DNA of 43,933 nt from Acidimicrobiia bacterium. GTDB lineage: Bacteria; Actinomycetota; Acidimicrobiia; Spongiisociales; SHLN01. Of the stretch, positions 18,252 through 26,271 are shown piece by piece. Location: contig SHLN01000001.1 of the NCBI GenBank assembly GCA_004283105.1, positions 1-43,933 of the forward strand. Direction: 5' to 3'. The notes below the pieces were generated by a model that was not told where the DNA came from, made no database searches, and saw only the letters and a program-made list of their open reading frames with translations. Positions within the stretch are counted from its first letter, which is position 1. Every line of letters begins with the position of its first letter. A program made the position numbers and the translations under genes.

Positions 18252-19018
18252 TCGAGCGTCCGGACGCCATTGTCTGCGACCTCGACGGCGTGCTCTACCG
18301 GGGGGACGTTGGGATTGCGGGGGCCGGAGAGGCGCTGGCCGCCCTGCGTGGAGTCGGCATTGAGATCGTGTTCGTTACCAACAACTCGACCAAGACGCCG
18401 GCCGAGGCCGCCGCCAAGATCACCCGGCTGACCGGATTCGAGGCTCATGAGCAAGATGTCGTCACATCGGCCCAGGCCGCCGCCCACTTGCTGGCCGCCG
18501 ATGCGCCTCCCACCCTGCTGTTCGGAGCCGCCGGGGCGCGGGGGCCGCTCGAACACGAGAGCGTGCCTGTCGTGGCCGACTGGCAGGACGCCCGGGCGGT
18601 GGTGGCCGGGCTCGATCTCTCCCTCACCTACGAATCGCTCACCCGGGCCGTCATGGCGGTGGAACGGGGGGCCCGCTTCGTGGCGACCAACACCGACGTG
18701 ACGTACCCGACCCCGGAAGGGCTGTGGCCGGGAGCGGGGGCACTCGTCGCCGCGGTCCAAGCCGCCACCGGGGTAGCCCCCGAAGTGGCCGGCAAGCCCC
18801 ATGCGCCCATGCGAAGCCTGCTGGAGGAGCGCCTCGCCGGGCGCCGCGTGGCCGTCATCGGTGACCGGGTCGAGACCGATATCGCCCTCGGCGCCGCCGA
18901 AGGTTGGGAGACCATCCTCGTCCTGAGCGGCGTTACGAGCTCGCCGGACGGCGCCGACCCGAAACCCGATCACGTAGTCGCCTCAATCGCCGGGGTTCCC
19001 GAGCTGCTCGGGCTCTGA
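18248..19018 (+). CDS. HAD-superfamily hydrolase, subfamily IIA (NagD-like)
   Basis: The DLDGVLY motif I, VTNNS motif II and a C-terminal GDR..TDI motif are present. Confidence 0.8.
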   Translation: MIERPDAIVCDLDGVLYRGDVGIAGAGEALAALRGVGIEIVFVTNNSTKTPAEAAAKITRLTGFEAHEQDVVTSAQAAAHLLAADAPPTLLFGAAGARGPLEHESVPVVADWQDARAVVAGLDLSLTYESLTRAVMAVERGARFVATNTDVTYPTPEGLWPGAGALVAAVQAATGVAPEVAGKPHAPMRSLLEERLAGRRVAVIGDRVETDIALGAAEGWETILVLSGVTSSPDGADPKPDHVVASIAGVPELLGL

Positions 19019-19050
19019 CTCTTTCGTCAGCACCGCCAGACTCCGCGAAC

Positions 19051-19138
19051 TCCCGAAGCGATAGGTGGCTGGATCTTCGGGATTCCGGCGGGTAGCGGGC
19101 GGCGGGCCGCGGGCAGCGCGGCTCCTCAGAGCCGCGTT
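19051..19138 (+). other. two GC-rich stem-loops in the HAD-kbl spacer
   Basis: TCCCGAAG (19051-19058) pairs with CTTCGGGA (19075-19082). CGCGGCTC (19117-19124) pairs with GAGCCGCG (19129-19136) around a 4-nt loop. Neither has a clear U-tract, so they may be a terminator for the upstream operon or a leader for kbl. Confidence 0.4.
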
Positions 19139-19168
19139 CCCGCCAGACCTCCCGATAGCCTGTCCCTA

Positions 19169-20359
19169 ATGTCTTCTCGTTTCCGCGCCGACCTCACCGC
19201 CCGGCTGGCCGGGTTGAAGGAGGACGGGCTGTTCAAGGAAGAGCGTCACATCGCGTCTCCCCAGAATGCCACTATCACGCTCGCGGACGGCTCGCAGGTC
19301 CTCAACTTCTGCGCCAACAACTACCTTGGTCTCGCCAATCACCCGGCCCTCGTCGAAGCTGCCGAGGCAGCCCTTCCCGTCCACGGGTACGGCATGGCGT
19401 CGGTGCGCTTCATTTGCGGGACCCAAACGGTCCACGCCGCTCTCGAGGCCGAGATCGCCGACTTCCTCGGGACCGAGGACTCGATCCTCTACGGCTCGTG
19501 CTTCGACGCCAACACCGGGCTGTTCGAGACCCTGCTCGACGAGCAGGACGCCATCATCAGCGACTCGCTCAATCACGCATCGATCATCGACGGGGTCCGG
19601 CTCTGCAAGGCGCAGCGATACCGGTATGCCAACAACGACATGGCCGACCTCGAGGTCCAGCTGAAGGCAGCCCGGGATGCCCGCTATCGCCTCATCGCCA
19701 CCGATGGGGTGTTCTCGATGGATGGAATCCTCGCCAACCTGCCCGCCATCTGTGATCTCGCCGACGAATACGACGCCATGGTGATGGTGGACGACTCCCA
19801 CGCGGTCGGGTTCGTCGGCGCCGGCGGACGTGGCACCCCAGAGGCGCTCGGTGTGGACGACCGGATCGACATCCGCACCGGTACGCTCGGCAAGGCGCTC
19901 GGCGGCGCCTCGGGCGGCTACACCGCCGCCTCGGCAGAGATCGTGGCCTGGCTTCGCCAGCGGTCTCGCCCCTACCTGTTCTCCAACAGCCTGGCGCCCG
20001 TCATTGCCGCGACGTCCCGCACCGCCCTCGATCTCTTGCGCGGCAGTGACGAACTCCGGCTGACGCTGGAACGCAACAGCGAACGATTCCGCTCGTCGAT
20101 GACGGACCTGGGCTTCACGCTGGCCGGCGCGGGTCACCCCATCATCCCGGTCATGCTGGGCGATGCCCGGCTGGCCGGAGAAATGGCCGACCTGCTCCTC
20201 GGAGAAGGCGTGTATGTGGTCGGATTCTCATTCCCGGTCGTCCCGAAGGGCGAAGCCCGCATCCGAACCCAGATGTCGGCCGCTCACACCGATGCCGACA
20301 TCGATCGGGCCGTTGATGCCTTCGCCACGGTGGGCCGCTCGCTGGGGGTGATCGCCTGA
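19169..20359 (+). CDS. kbl: glycine C-acetyltransferase (2-amino-3-ketobutyrate CoA ligase)
   Basis: [34 protein letters not shown] and DDSHAVG are present, and it is paired with tdh downstream. Confidence 0.9.
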   Translation: MSSRFRADLTARLAGLKEDGLFKEERHIASPQNATITLADGSQVLNFCANNYLGLANHPALVEAAEAALPVHGYGMASVRFICGTQTVHAALEAEIADFLGTEDSILYGSCFDANTGLFETLLDEQDAIISDSLNHASIIDGVRLCKAQRYRYANNDMADLEVQLKAARDARYRLIATDGVFSMDGILANLPAICDLADEYDAMVMVDDSHAVGFVGAGGRGTPEALGVDDRIDIRTGTLGKALGGASGGYTAASAEIVAWLRQRSRPYLFSNSLAPVIAATSRTALDLLRGSDELRLTLERNSERFRSSMTDLGFTLAGAGHPIIPVMLGDARLAGEMADLLLGEGVYVVGFSFPVVPKGEARIRTQMSAAHTDADIDRAVDAFATVGRSLGVIA

Positions 20360-21384
20360 TGCGGGCACTCATCAAGTCCGGCGACCGGCCGGGGCTGTCT
20401 CTGGAGGAGATCCCGGCGCCGGTCGCGGGGCCGAACGAGGTGGTCATCGACGTCGTGAGAGCCTCGATCTGTGGCACCGACCTCCACATCTTCGATTGGG
20501 ACGAATGGGCCCGTGGGACGATCTCAATCGGAATGGCGGTCGGTCACGAGTTCGCCGGAGTCATCTCTTCGATCGGTGATGAGGTGACGGGGTTGGCGGT
20601 GGGAGATCGCGTCTCGGCCGAGGGGCACGTCACGTGCGGTCATTGCCGCAATTGCCGGGCCGGCCGGCGCCACTACTGCCGAAACGCCGAAGGCATCGGC
20701 GTGAACCGGGCGGGTGCATTCGCCGATCAGGTGGCGGTCCCGGCCGTCAACGTGTTCCCGCTCCCGGACGACCTGAGCGATGACCTCGGCTCCATCCTCG
20801 ACCCGCTCGGCAACGCAACTCATACCGCCCTCAGTTTCGACCTCGTCGGTGAGGATGTCTTGATTACCGGCGCCGGGCCCATCGGGCTCATGGCGACCGC
20901 CATCGCTCGCCACGTTGGAGCCCGCTACATCGTTGTGACCGACGTCAATGACTACCGCCTCGAACTGGCCGGCAGGATGGGAGCCGACCGGGCCGTGCAC
21001 GTAGGAGACACGCCGCTCGAGATCATCGAGCACGATCTCGGCATGGTCGAGGCGTTCGATGTGGGTCTCGAGATGTCGGGAGCGCCCTCCGCACTGGCTG
21101 ACATCCTCCGAACGATCAACCACGGAGCCCACATCGCTTTGCTCGGGATTCCATCCGGTCCGTTCGAGATCGATTGGAACCAGGTCATCTTCAAGGGCCT
21201 GACGCTGAAGGGCATCTACGGTCGCCGCATGTTCGAGACGTGGTACAAGATGACCTCCATGCTCCACAGCGGCCTCGACATCACGCCGGTGATTACCCAC
21301 CGATTTGGCGCCGAGCAGTTCGAGGACGCCTTCGAGACGGTGCGGGGCGGCAATGCCGGCAAGGTGCTGCTGGATTGGGTGTGA
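20359..21384 (+). CDS. tdh: L-threonine 3-dehydrogenase
   Basis: Zn-ADH motifs [18 protein letters not shown] and GAGPIGL are present, and it follows kbl directly. Confidence 0.9.
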   Translation: MRALIKSGDRPGLSLEEIPAPVAGPNEVVIDVVRASICGTDLHIFDWDEWARGTISIGMAVGHEFAGVISSIGDEVTGLAVGDRVSAEGHVTCGHCRNCRAGRRHYCRNAEGIGVNRAGAFADQVAVPAVNVFPLPDDLSDDLGSILDPLGNATHTALSFDLVGEDVLITGAGPIGLMATAIARHVGARYIVVTDVNDYRLELAGRMGADRAVHVGDTPLEIIEHDLGMVEAFDVGLEMSGAPSALADILRTINHGAHIALLGIPSGPFEIDWNQVIFKGLTLKGIYGRRMFETWYKMTSMLHSGLDITPVITHRFGAEQFEDAFETVRGGNAGKVLLDWV

Positions 21385-22025
21385 GCGGCACCGACGAGCC
21401 CCGATTCGGACCGTGGTTGCCGATGAGGCCCGCTGAGGTGATGGCCCGGGTATCCGACCTTGCCGCGCTGACCGACGGTGCCGTTCGAGTGCTGGCCGTG
21501 GATGGCCGGAGCGGAGGCGGAAAGACAACGGTGGCTGAGCGACTCGCCGCCGCCATCGACGCCTGCGCGGTCGTCCATACCGACGACATCTCCTGGCACC
21601 ACTCCTTCTTCGATTGGACCGACCTGCTGATCGAGCATGTGCTCCGCCCGGTCGGTCGTGGTGAAGCCGTCGACTACCGCCCCGACGCCTGGCAGGAGCG
21701 GGACAGGGAAGGGTCGATATCGGTGCCTGCCCCGCTGCAATGGCTCATCGTCGAGGGCGTCGGAGCAGCCCGACGGGAACTGGTTCCCTATGTCGATGCG
21801 GTTCTGTGGGTGCAATCCGACGATGCGATAGCCAGAGAGCGGGGGATCGCCCGGGACGGCGGCGACGAGGAGGCCACCCGCTTCTGGGACGAGTGGATGG
21901 CCGCCGAAGAGCCCTTCCTCGAGGATCACCGGCCGTGGGATCGGGCCGATCTCGTCGTGAACGGCACACCCCCGGCGGGAACCGAAGGGCAGACGATTGT
22001 TGTCTCGACAGCGGCTAAGCGGTAG
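21381..22025 (+). CDS. P-loop NTPase / nucleoside-kinase-like protein
   Basis: The Walker A motif is [10 protein letters not shown], followed by HTDD and a later EGVG segment. The GTG at 21381 overlaps the tdh stop (GTGA), and the ATG at 21423 is an alternative start. Confidence 0.55.
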   Translation: MSGTDEPRFGPWLPMRPAEVMARVSDLAALTDGAVRVLAVDGRSGGGKTTVAERLAAAIDACAVVHTDDISWHHSFFDWTDLLIEHVLRPVGRGEAVDYRPDAWQERDREGSISVPAPLQWLIVEGVGAARRELVPYVDAVLWVQSDDAIARERGIARDGGDEEATRFWDEWMAAEEPFLEDHRPWDRADLVVNGTPPAGTEGQTIVVSTAAKR

Positions 22026-22062
22026 ACCCGCTTCTCAGCGCAACTCCGGGGATGGGAGGGCA

Positions 22063-22100
22063 ATTCGGTGCCGGTCGGCCTTTGCCAACCGGCACCGAAT
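22063..22100. terminator. strong bidirectional stem-loop between convergent genes
   Basis: A perfect 13-bp stem: ATTCGGTGCCGGT (22063-22075) pairs with ACCGGCACCGAAT (22088-22100). It lies between the end of the P-loop gene (22025) and the end of the minus-strand secreted-protein gene (22124). Confidence 0.7.
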
Positions 22101-22123
22101 GACGAACCCCATTGCGTTCGCTG

Positions 22124-22651
22124 TTACTTGGTCTTGACGGTGTACTCAACGAATCCACACCCGGGTGGATAGCCCGACTGCCATCCCGGGTCCTCACCCA
22201 GGAGATCGACTTTGATGAGTTGTCCGTCGCCCGAACCGGAACCGCGGCCATCGACGGCGCCCTTGCCCCAGCTCCAGGTCCCGGTGAACTCACCGATGTC
22301 GTCCAGCTCGAGATCGAACGTCCCCCAGTAGGTGCCCACGGTTGGCGCCGGACCGAAATCCGGCACGGCGACCCAGGCACCGTTGTAGTTGACCCCGATC
22401 TCGTTGGTTCCCATGGGAACCCAGCCGAGAGAATCATTGAATAGGAACTCGGTGGCCGTGTTCACCAGTCCCCGGATGTGCATGATCTTGTCGTCCTGGC
22501 CGCTGAACCAGATCTTCGCTTCCGCGAAGTCCCCCGGCACCATGCACTCGACGACCTCGATCGGTTCGGCTTTGATGGGAGCAGCTCCGGCCGGTGCCGC
22601 GCTCGCCAGGACCAGGCCGACGACGATGCATAACGTGTTGAGTCGACGCAT
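22124..22651 (-). CDS. secreted hypothetical protein (Sec signal peptide)
   Basis: MRRLNTLCIVVGLVLASAAPAGA/AP is a canonical signal peptide. A GAAGGGGGAA RBS-like tract sits just upstream, and I recognise no family. Confidence 0.7.
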   Translation of the reverse strand: MRRLNTLCIVVGLVLASAAPAGAAPIKAEPIEVVECMVPGDFAEAKIWFSGQDDKIMHIRGLVNTATEFLFNDSLGWVPMGTNEIGVNYNGAWVAVPDFGPAPTVGTYWGTFDLELDDIGEFTGTWSWGKGAVDGRGSGSGDGQLIKVDLLGEDPGWQSGYPPGCGFVEYTVKTK

Positions 22652-23251
22652 TCAATTCCCCCTTCTTCCCCGTCCCACGTTTGTGGGGCGTCAGCTTTAT
22701 ACGTATCACCTGGTTCTCGGGGCCGATAGGGGAGTCCGGCCCGTTTTCCCGAAGAACACCAGGCTGAGGATCCGGTGGGCTTCCAGGCGGTGCAGAAATA
22801 AGACCCGGTCCTGTCTCCCCCGTGGAGCGAAGCGGAGTGGGAGGGTGGCAACTTTTCGAGTTGATTCGGGGAGGGTCGTTCCCGGCAAGAGAATGGCGTC
22901 GGGAACGCTTACTGGAGAAGCGTCGAAGCGCCATCACCTCAAGCAGCGCCATCCGGCGATTGGTGGAAGGGCCCGTTTTGGGCCCCGTTTCTCTCATGGA
23001 AAGGTGATCGAAGGCTGCGGGCACCTTCAGGCAAGGTGTCGGTGCCCGTCCATCTTCTCTGGTGGTGGCATAGGTCGGCGGTTCGTCTGCTTCGTTGCAG
23101 CATTTGATCCTTGATGTCTCGTCGCCGCGCCGTTGGTGGGAACCACCCTCCCCGTACCCCTCCCGCAGAGCCGTCCAGGATGGGACTTTGGCCGCTATCG
23201 CTCCCTGCTTGCCGGCGGTACGGTCGAAGCAGAGGATCGGAAGGAGCGACC
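22652..23251. other. 600-bp non-coding gap dense in stem-loops (candidate ncRNA or leader)
   Basis: No convincing ORF. Hand-verified hairpins lie at 22709-22763, 22767-22812, 22893-22934, 22969-22985 and 23018-23048; see findings. Confidence 0.4.
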
Positions 23252-23680
23252 ATGTTCCGATTGAGACGATCTCAGGCAATTGTCCTGCTGGTGGTCGTTA
23301 TGGCCGCCTGCGTGGGGGGCTGCTCGGACCCCGGCAACGACGTCACGTTCGCCGTCTCAGCCGGCTCGTGCACCCACGACGGACAGAGCGACATCAAGAG
23401 ACGGCCCAATGTTGGAATCATCAACGAGTCCGATCGTGAGGTGGGAATCAAGCTCTGGGTGGTCCCGGCCGGGACCACCGCAGCCGACGTGGAGGACGGT
23501 GATTACGACGGGATTCAACCCACCGGCATAGCGTTTGCCGACCCCTTTGACCAGAGCGGCTCAGGCCTCGGTGTGTCTCTCGAACGGGGAAACAGGATCA
23601 TGATCGAGTGCTTCTACGCGGACGTGCCGTCGATCGAAGGAACGCTCAGTCGAGCCTTCTTCGATGTCCCGTTGGATTGA
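23252..23680 (+). CDS. putative lipoprotein, unknown function
   Basis: MFRLRRSQAIVLLVVVMAACVGGCSD is a signal peptide with a lipobox-like VGGC (or MAAC). A GGAAGGAG RBS lies about 6 nt upstream of the ATG. Confidence 0.65.
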   Translation: MFRLRRSQAIVLLVVVMAACVGGCSDPGNDVTFAVSAGSCTHDGQSDIKRRPNVGIINESDREVGIKLWVVPAGTTAADVEDGDYDGIQPTGIAFADPFDQSGSGLGVSLERGNRIMIECFYADVPSIEGTLSRAFFDVPLD

Positions 23681-23690
23681 TGGAATCCGC

Positions 23691-24431
23691 TCAGGGGAAG
23701 CTGGCCCACCTGGGTGTGCGATGGGCCTCGAGGCGGCGCAGGAGGGTGGGCCGCAGCAGCAGGGCAATGACCACCCCGAACGCGAATCCCGCCACATGGG
23801 CTTCCCAGGCGACGTTCGAGGCGGGATCGATGCTGAACTGGCCGATGAACCAGATCCCGATGAAGACGACGGCCGGCACCGCCACGAAGAAGAAGAACAC
23901 GAGCGTGAGTATCCGGTGAGTGGGGAACAGCACGAGATAGGCCCCCATCACCGCCGCAATGGCTCCCGAGGCACCGACGAGCGGGATAGTCGAGTCGAGG
24001 TTGAACGCGGCGTAGCCGAGGGTGGCGAGGATGCCGCCCGCCAGGTAGACGCCGATGTAGCCGGCGCGCCCGAACGCCTCCTCGATGTTGTTGCCGAAGA
24101 TCCACAGTGACCACATGTTGAAGGCGAGGTGGAGGAGGTCCCCGTGCAGGAACATCGAGGACAGCACGCTGAGGAGCACGATCTTCTCCGGGAACACTTC
24201 CGGAGTCGAGCTGGCGGCCGAACAGACGCCGGTCTCGATCTCGCGCACCTCGAGTGGATCGCCGGAACGGATTTCGCACGGAATCGCCGCGTACTCGTAG
24301 GCGAACCGATCGGCTTCGGCCGGTGAGTCCTGCGGCTGGAGGCCGAAGAACACGAAAACGTTGATGGCAATGAGCGCCAGCGTGACGACCGGGCGGATGA
24401 CCGTCGGGTTGATATCACGGATCGGAAACAA
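23691..24431 (-). CDS. rhomboid family intramembrane serine protease
   Basis: It has multiple TM segments, HGDLLHLAFNM and the catalytic GASGAI motif. Confidence 0.85.
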   Translation of the reverse strand: MFPIRDINPTVIRPVVTLALIAINVFVFFGLQPQDSPAEADRFAYEYAAIPCEIRSGDPLEVREIETGVCSAASSTPEVFPEKIVLLSVLSSMFLHGDLLHLAFNMWSLWIFGNNIEEAFGRAGYIGVYLAGGILATLGYAAFNLDSTIPLVGASGAIAAVMGAYLVLFPTHRILTLVFFFFVAVPAVVFIGIWFIGQFSIDPASNVAWEAHVAGFAFGVVIALLLRPTLLRRLEAHRTPRWASFP

Positions 24432-24461
24432 AGGCCGTTCCTGTCACTGGGGGCGGCGATA

Positions 24462-24650
24462 ATGGGCGACATGGATACTACGCGCATCGAAGAACTTCTC
24501 ACCGAACTCGAGGCGAGCGACCCGGCCAACGCCCCGGACGTGGCCGACGAGTTGACGGCCGCGCTGGCCGATCAGCTGGACGGCGCCGCGGCGACGGATT
24601 CACCGCCCGATAGCGAGCCCGCCGCCGATGCCGAGGATGGTGCTCGCTGA
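24462..24650 (+). CDS. small acidic hypothetical protein
   Basis: 62-codon ORF, Asp/Glu/Ala-rich, ending in a TGA that overlaps the probable tlyA initiation site. Coding status is unproven. Confidence 0.4.
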   Translation: MGDMDTTRIEELLTELEASDPANAPDVADELTAALADQLDGAAATDSPPDSEPAADAEDGAR

Positions 24651-25450
24651 GCCGCAATCGCCTCGACGCCGAGCTCGTGCGGCGGCGGCTGGCCTCCACC
24701 CGCTCGGCCGCCCGTCACCTCATCAATGAAGGCCGGGTGCGAGTCGGGGGAGTGGTCTCACCCAAGCCGGCCACCATGGTTGCGGCCGGCGCCTCGATCG
24801 ACATCATCGGTGACGGCGCTCGGTTTGTGAGCCGGGGAGGCGAGAAGCTCGCCCATGCGCTGGACGAGTTCCAGATAGATGTGGGCGGCAAGCGGGCTAT
24901 CGACCTCGGTGCCTCGACCGGCGGCTTCACCGACTGCTTGCTGCAGCAGGGCGCCACAGAGGTGACCGCCGTCGACGTCGGCTACAACCAGCTCGACTAC
25001 CGGCTCCGAACCGACTCCCGGGTCGTCGTTCGCGAGCGAACCAACGTCCGAACCGCCGATCCGGCAAGCCTGGGCGGTCCGTTCCCCGTGATCGTGGCCG
25101 ACCTGTCGTTCATCTCTCTCGAGCTCGTCATGCCCGCCATCGCCGCCCTCGCCGCCGACGACGCCGACATCGTCATGCTCGTCAAGCCGCAATTCGAGGT
25201 GGGAAAGGGCCAGGTGAGCCGCGGTGGCATCGTCACCGATCCGGCCCTGTGGGAGCAGGCCGTCCACCGGATTGTGGACGCCGCCGCCTCGCATGGCCTG
25301 GGGGCGTGCGGGCTGCGGGCGAGCCCGCTGCGGGGAGCTTCGGCCGGCAACGTCGAGTTCCTATTGTGGGTTCGGCGGGGACCGGCCGACATGCCGGAGA
25401 CCGCCCTCGAACAAGTCCTTGCCGACCTCCCGGAGGGAAACGCTCCATGA
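24647..25450 (+). CDS. tlyA: TlyA family 16S/23S rRNA (cytidine-2'-O)-methyltransferase (S4 + FtsJ-like domains)
   Basis: RLDAELVRRRLASTRSAARHLINEGRVRVGG is the S4 domain and DLGASTGGFTDCLLQ is the SAM motif. The first canonical start is GTG 24677, but conserved residues extend upstream. The 5' end is provisionally placed at CTG 24647 (see finding). Confidence 0.85.
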   Translation: MSRNRLDAELVRRRLASTRSAARHLINEGRVRVGGVVSPKPATMVAAGASIDIIGDGARFVSRGGEKLAHALDEFQIDVGGKRAIDLGASTGGFTDCLLQQGATEVTAVDVGYNQLDYRLRTDSRVVVRERTNVRTADPASLGGPFPVIVADLSFISLELVMPAIAALAADDADIVMLVKPQFEVGKGQVSRGGIVTDPALWEQAVHRIVDAAASHGLGACGLRASPLRGASAGNVEFLLWVRRGPADMPETALEQVLADLPEGNAP

Positions 25451-26271
25451 ACATCGGTCTCGTTCTTCATCCAGACCGGGTACGCGCCCGCGAGGTCGCC
25501 GAAGAGGTGGTTGCCGGAGCCGCCGCCCGGGGCATCCGGGTGGTGGCGGCGGACGACGAGGCCGCCAACCTCCCCGGGGTGGTCACCGCAGACCTGGATG
25601 ACGCCGAACTCGTCCTCTCCATCGGAGGCGACGGAACGGTGCTCGAGGCAGTCAAGGAGGCACTCCCGCTTGGCATTCCCGTGCTCGGGGTCAACCTCGG
25701 CAAGGTGGGGTTCCTCGCCGAGATCGAGGAGTCGAACATCGAAGAGACCCTCAATCGAATCGAAGCCCGGCAGTGGGACATCGAGCAACGCATGACGTTG
25801 AAGGCCGAGATCGAAGACGGGCCAACCGTGCACGGGCTCAACGACATCGTGATCTCGAAGCGGATGGTCAACCGGCTCGCCTCGCTGGCCATCAGCGTCG
25901 ACGGCGTCCCGTTCCGGACCTATCGGGCCGACGGCATCGTCGTGGCAACCGCCACCGGCTCGACGGCCTATAGCTTCTCGGCCGGTGGACCGGCCGTCGA
26001 TCCGGGCTTGCGAGCCATGTTCGTGACCGCCGTTGCTCCCCATTCGTTGTTCAGCCGGACTCTCGTGTTCGAGCCCGACCGTGTCCTCTCGCTCGTGGCC
26101 GGCTCGGACCGGCCGGTGGGCGTTGAGGTCGACGCGTACGACCTCGGCGAGCTCTCACCCGGCCAGGCAGTCCGCGTCACGGCGGGTGATATGGACGCCC
26201 GGTTTGCCACCATGGGGGGCAAGCGGTTCCCCCACACGCTGCAACACAAGCTCGGCCTCGACGGTGATTGA
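25447..26271 (+). CDS. nadK: NAD+ kinase
   Basis: LVLSIGGDGTVL and the GVNLGKVGFLAE motifs are present. The ATG overlaps the tlyA stop (ATGA). Confidence 0.92.
   Translation: MNIGLVLHPDRVRAREVAEEVVAGAAARGIRVVAADDEAANLPGVVTADLDDAELVLSIGGDGTVLEAVKEALPLGIPVLGVNLGKVGFLAEIEESNIEETLNRIEARQWDIEQRMTLKAEIEDGPTVHGLNDIVISKRMVNRLASLAISVDGVPFRTYRADGIVVATATGSTAYSFSAGGPAVDPGLRAMFVTAVAPHSLFSRTLVFEPDRVLSLVAGSDRPVGVEVDAYDLGELSPGQAVRVTAGDMDARFATMGGKRFPHTLQHKLGLDGD

Noticed and set aside
19019-19168. A possible glycine or other riboswitch upstream of kbl-tdh.
   Set aside because: The conserved glycine-riboswitch cores (GGAGAG...CACCGAAGGGGCAA type) are absent. Only two plain GC hairpins are present.
22729-22815. 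Strings resembling the two strands of RNase P RNA helix P4 (GGGGAGTCCGGCCC and AAGACCCGGTCC).
   Set aside because: They are only about 60 nt apart, and the other universally conserved RNase P elements (for example the GGTAAGGGTGAAA-type and ACAGAAAAC regions) are absent. tmRNA, SRP, 6S, cobalamin, c-di-AMP and glycine motifs are also not recognisable by eye.
22389-23279. ORFs spanning the 600-bp gap: 22389..23114 (+), 22434..23279 (-), 22822..23007 (+), 22939..23253 (-).
   Set aside because: None has an RBS or a recognisable motif. They are Arg/Pro/Gly-rich, and the two longest (22389..23114 and 22434..23279) also run into the flanking secreted-protein gene antisense or out of frame. I treated the region as non-coding.
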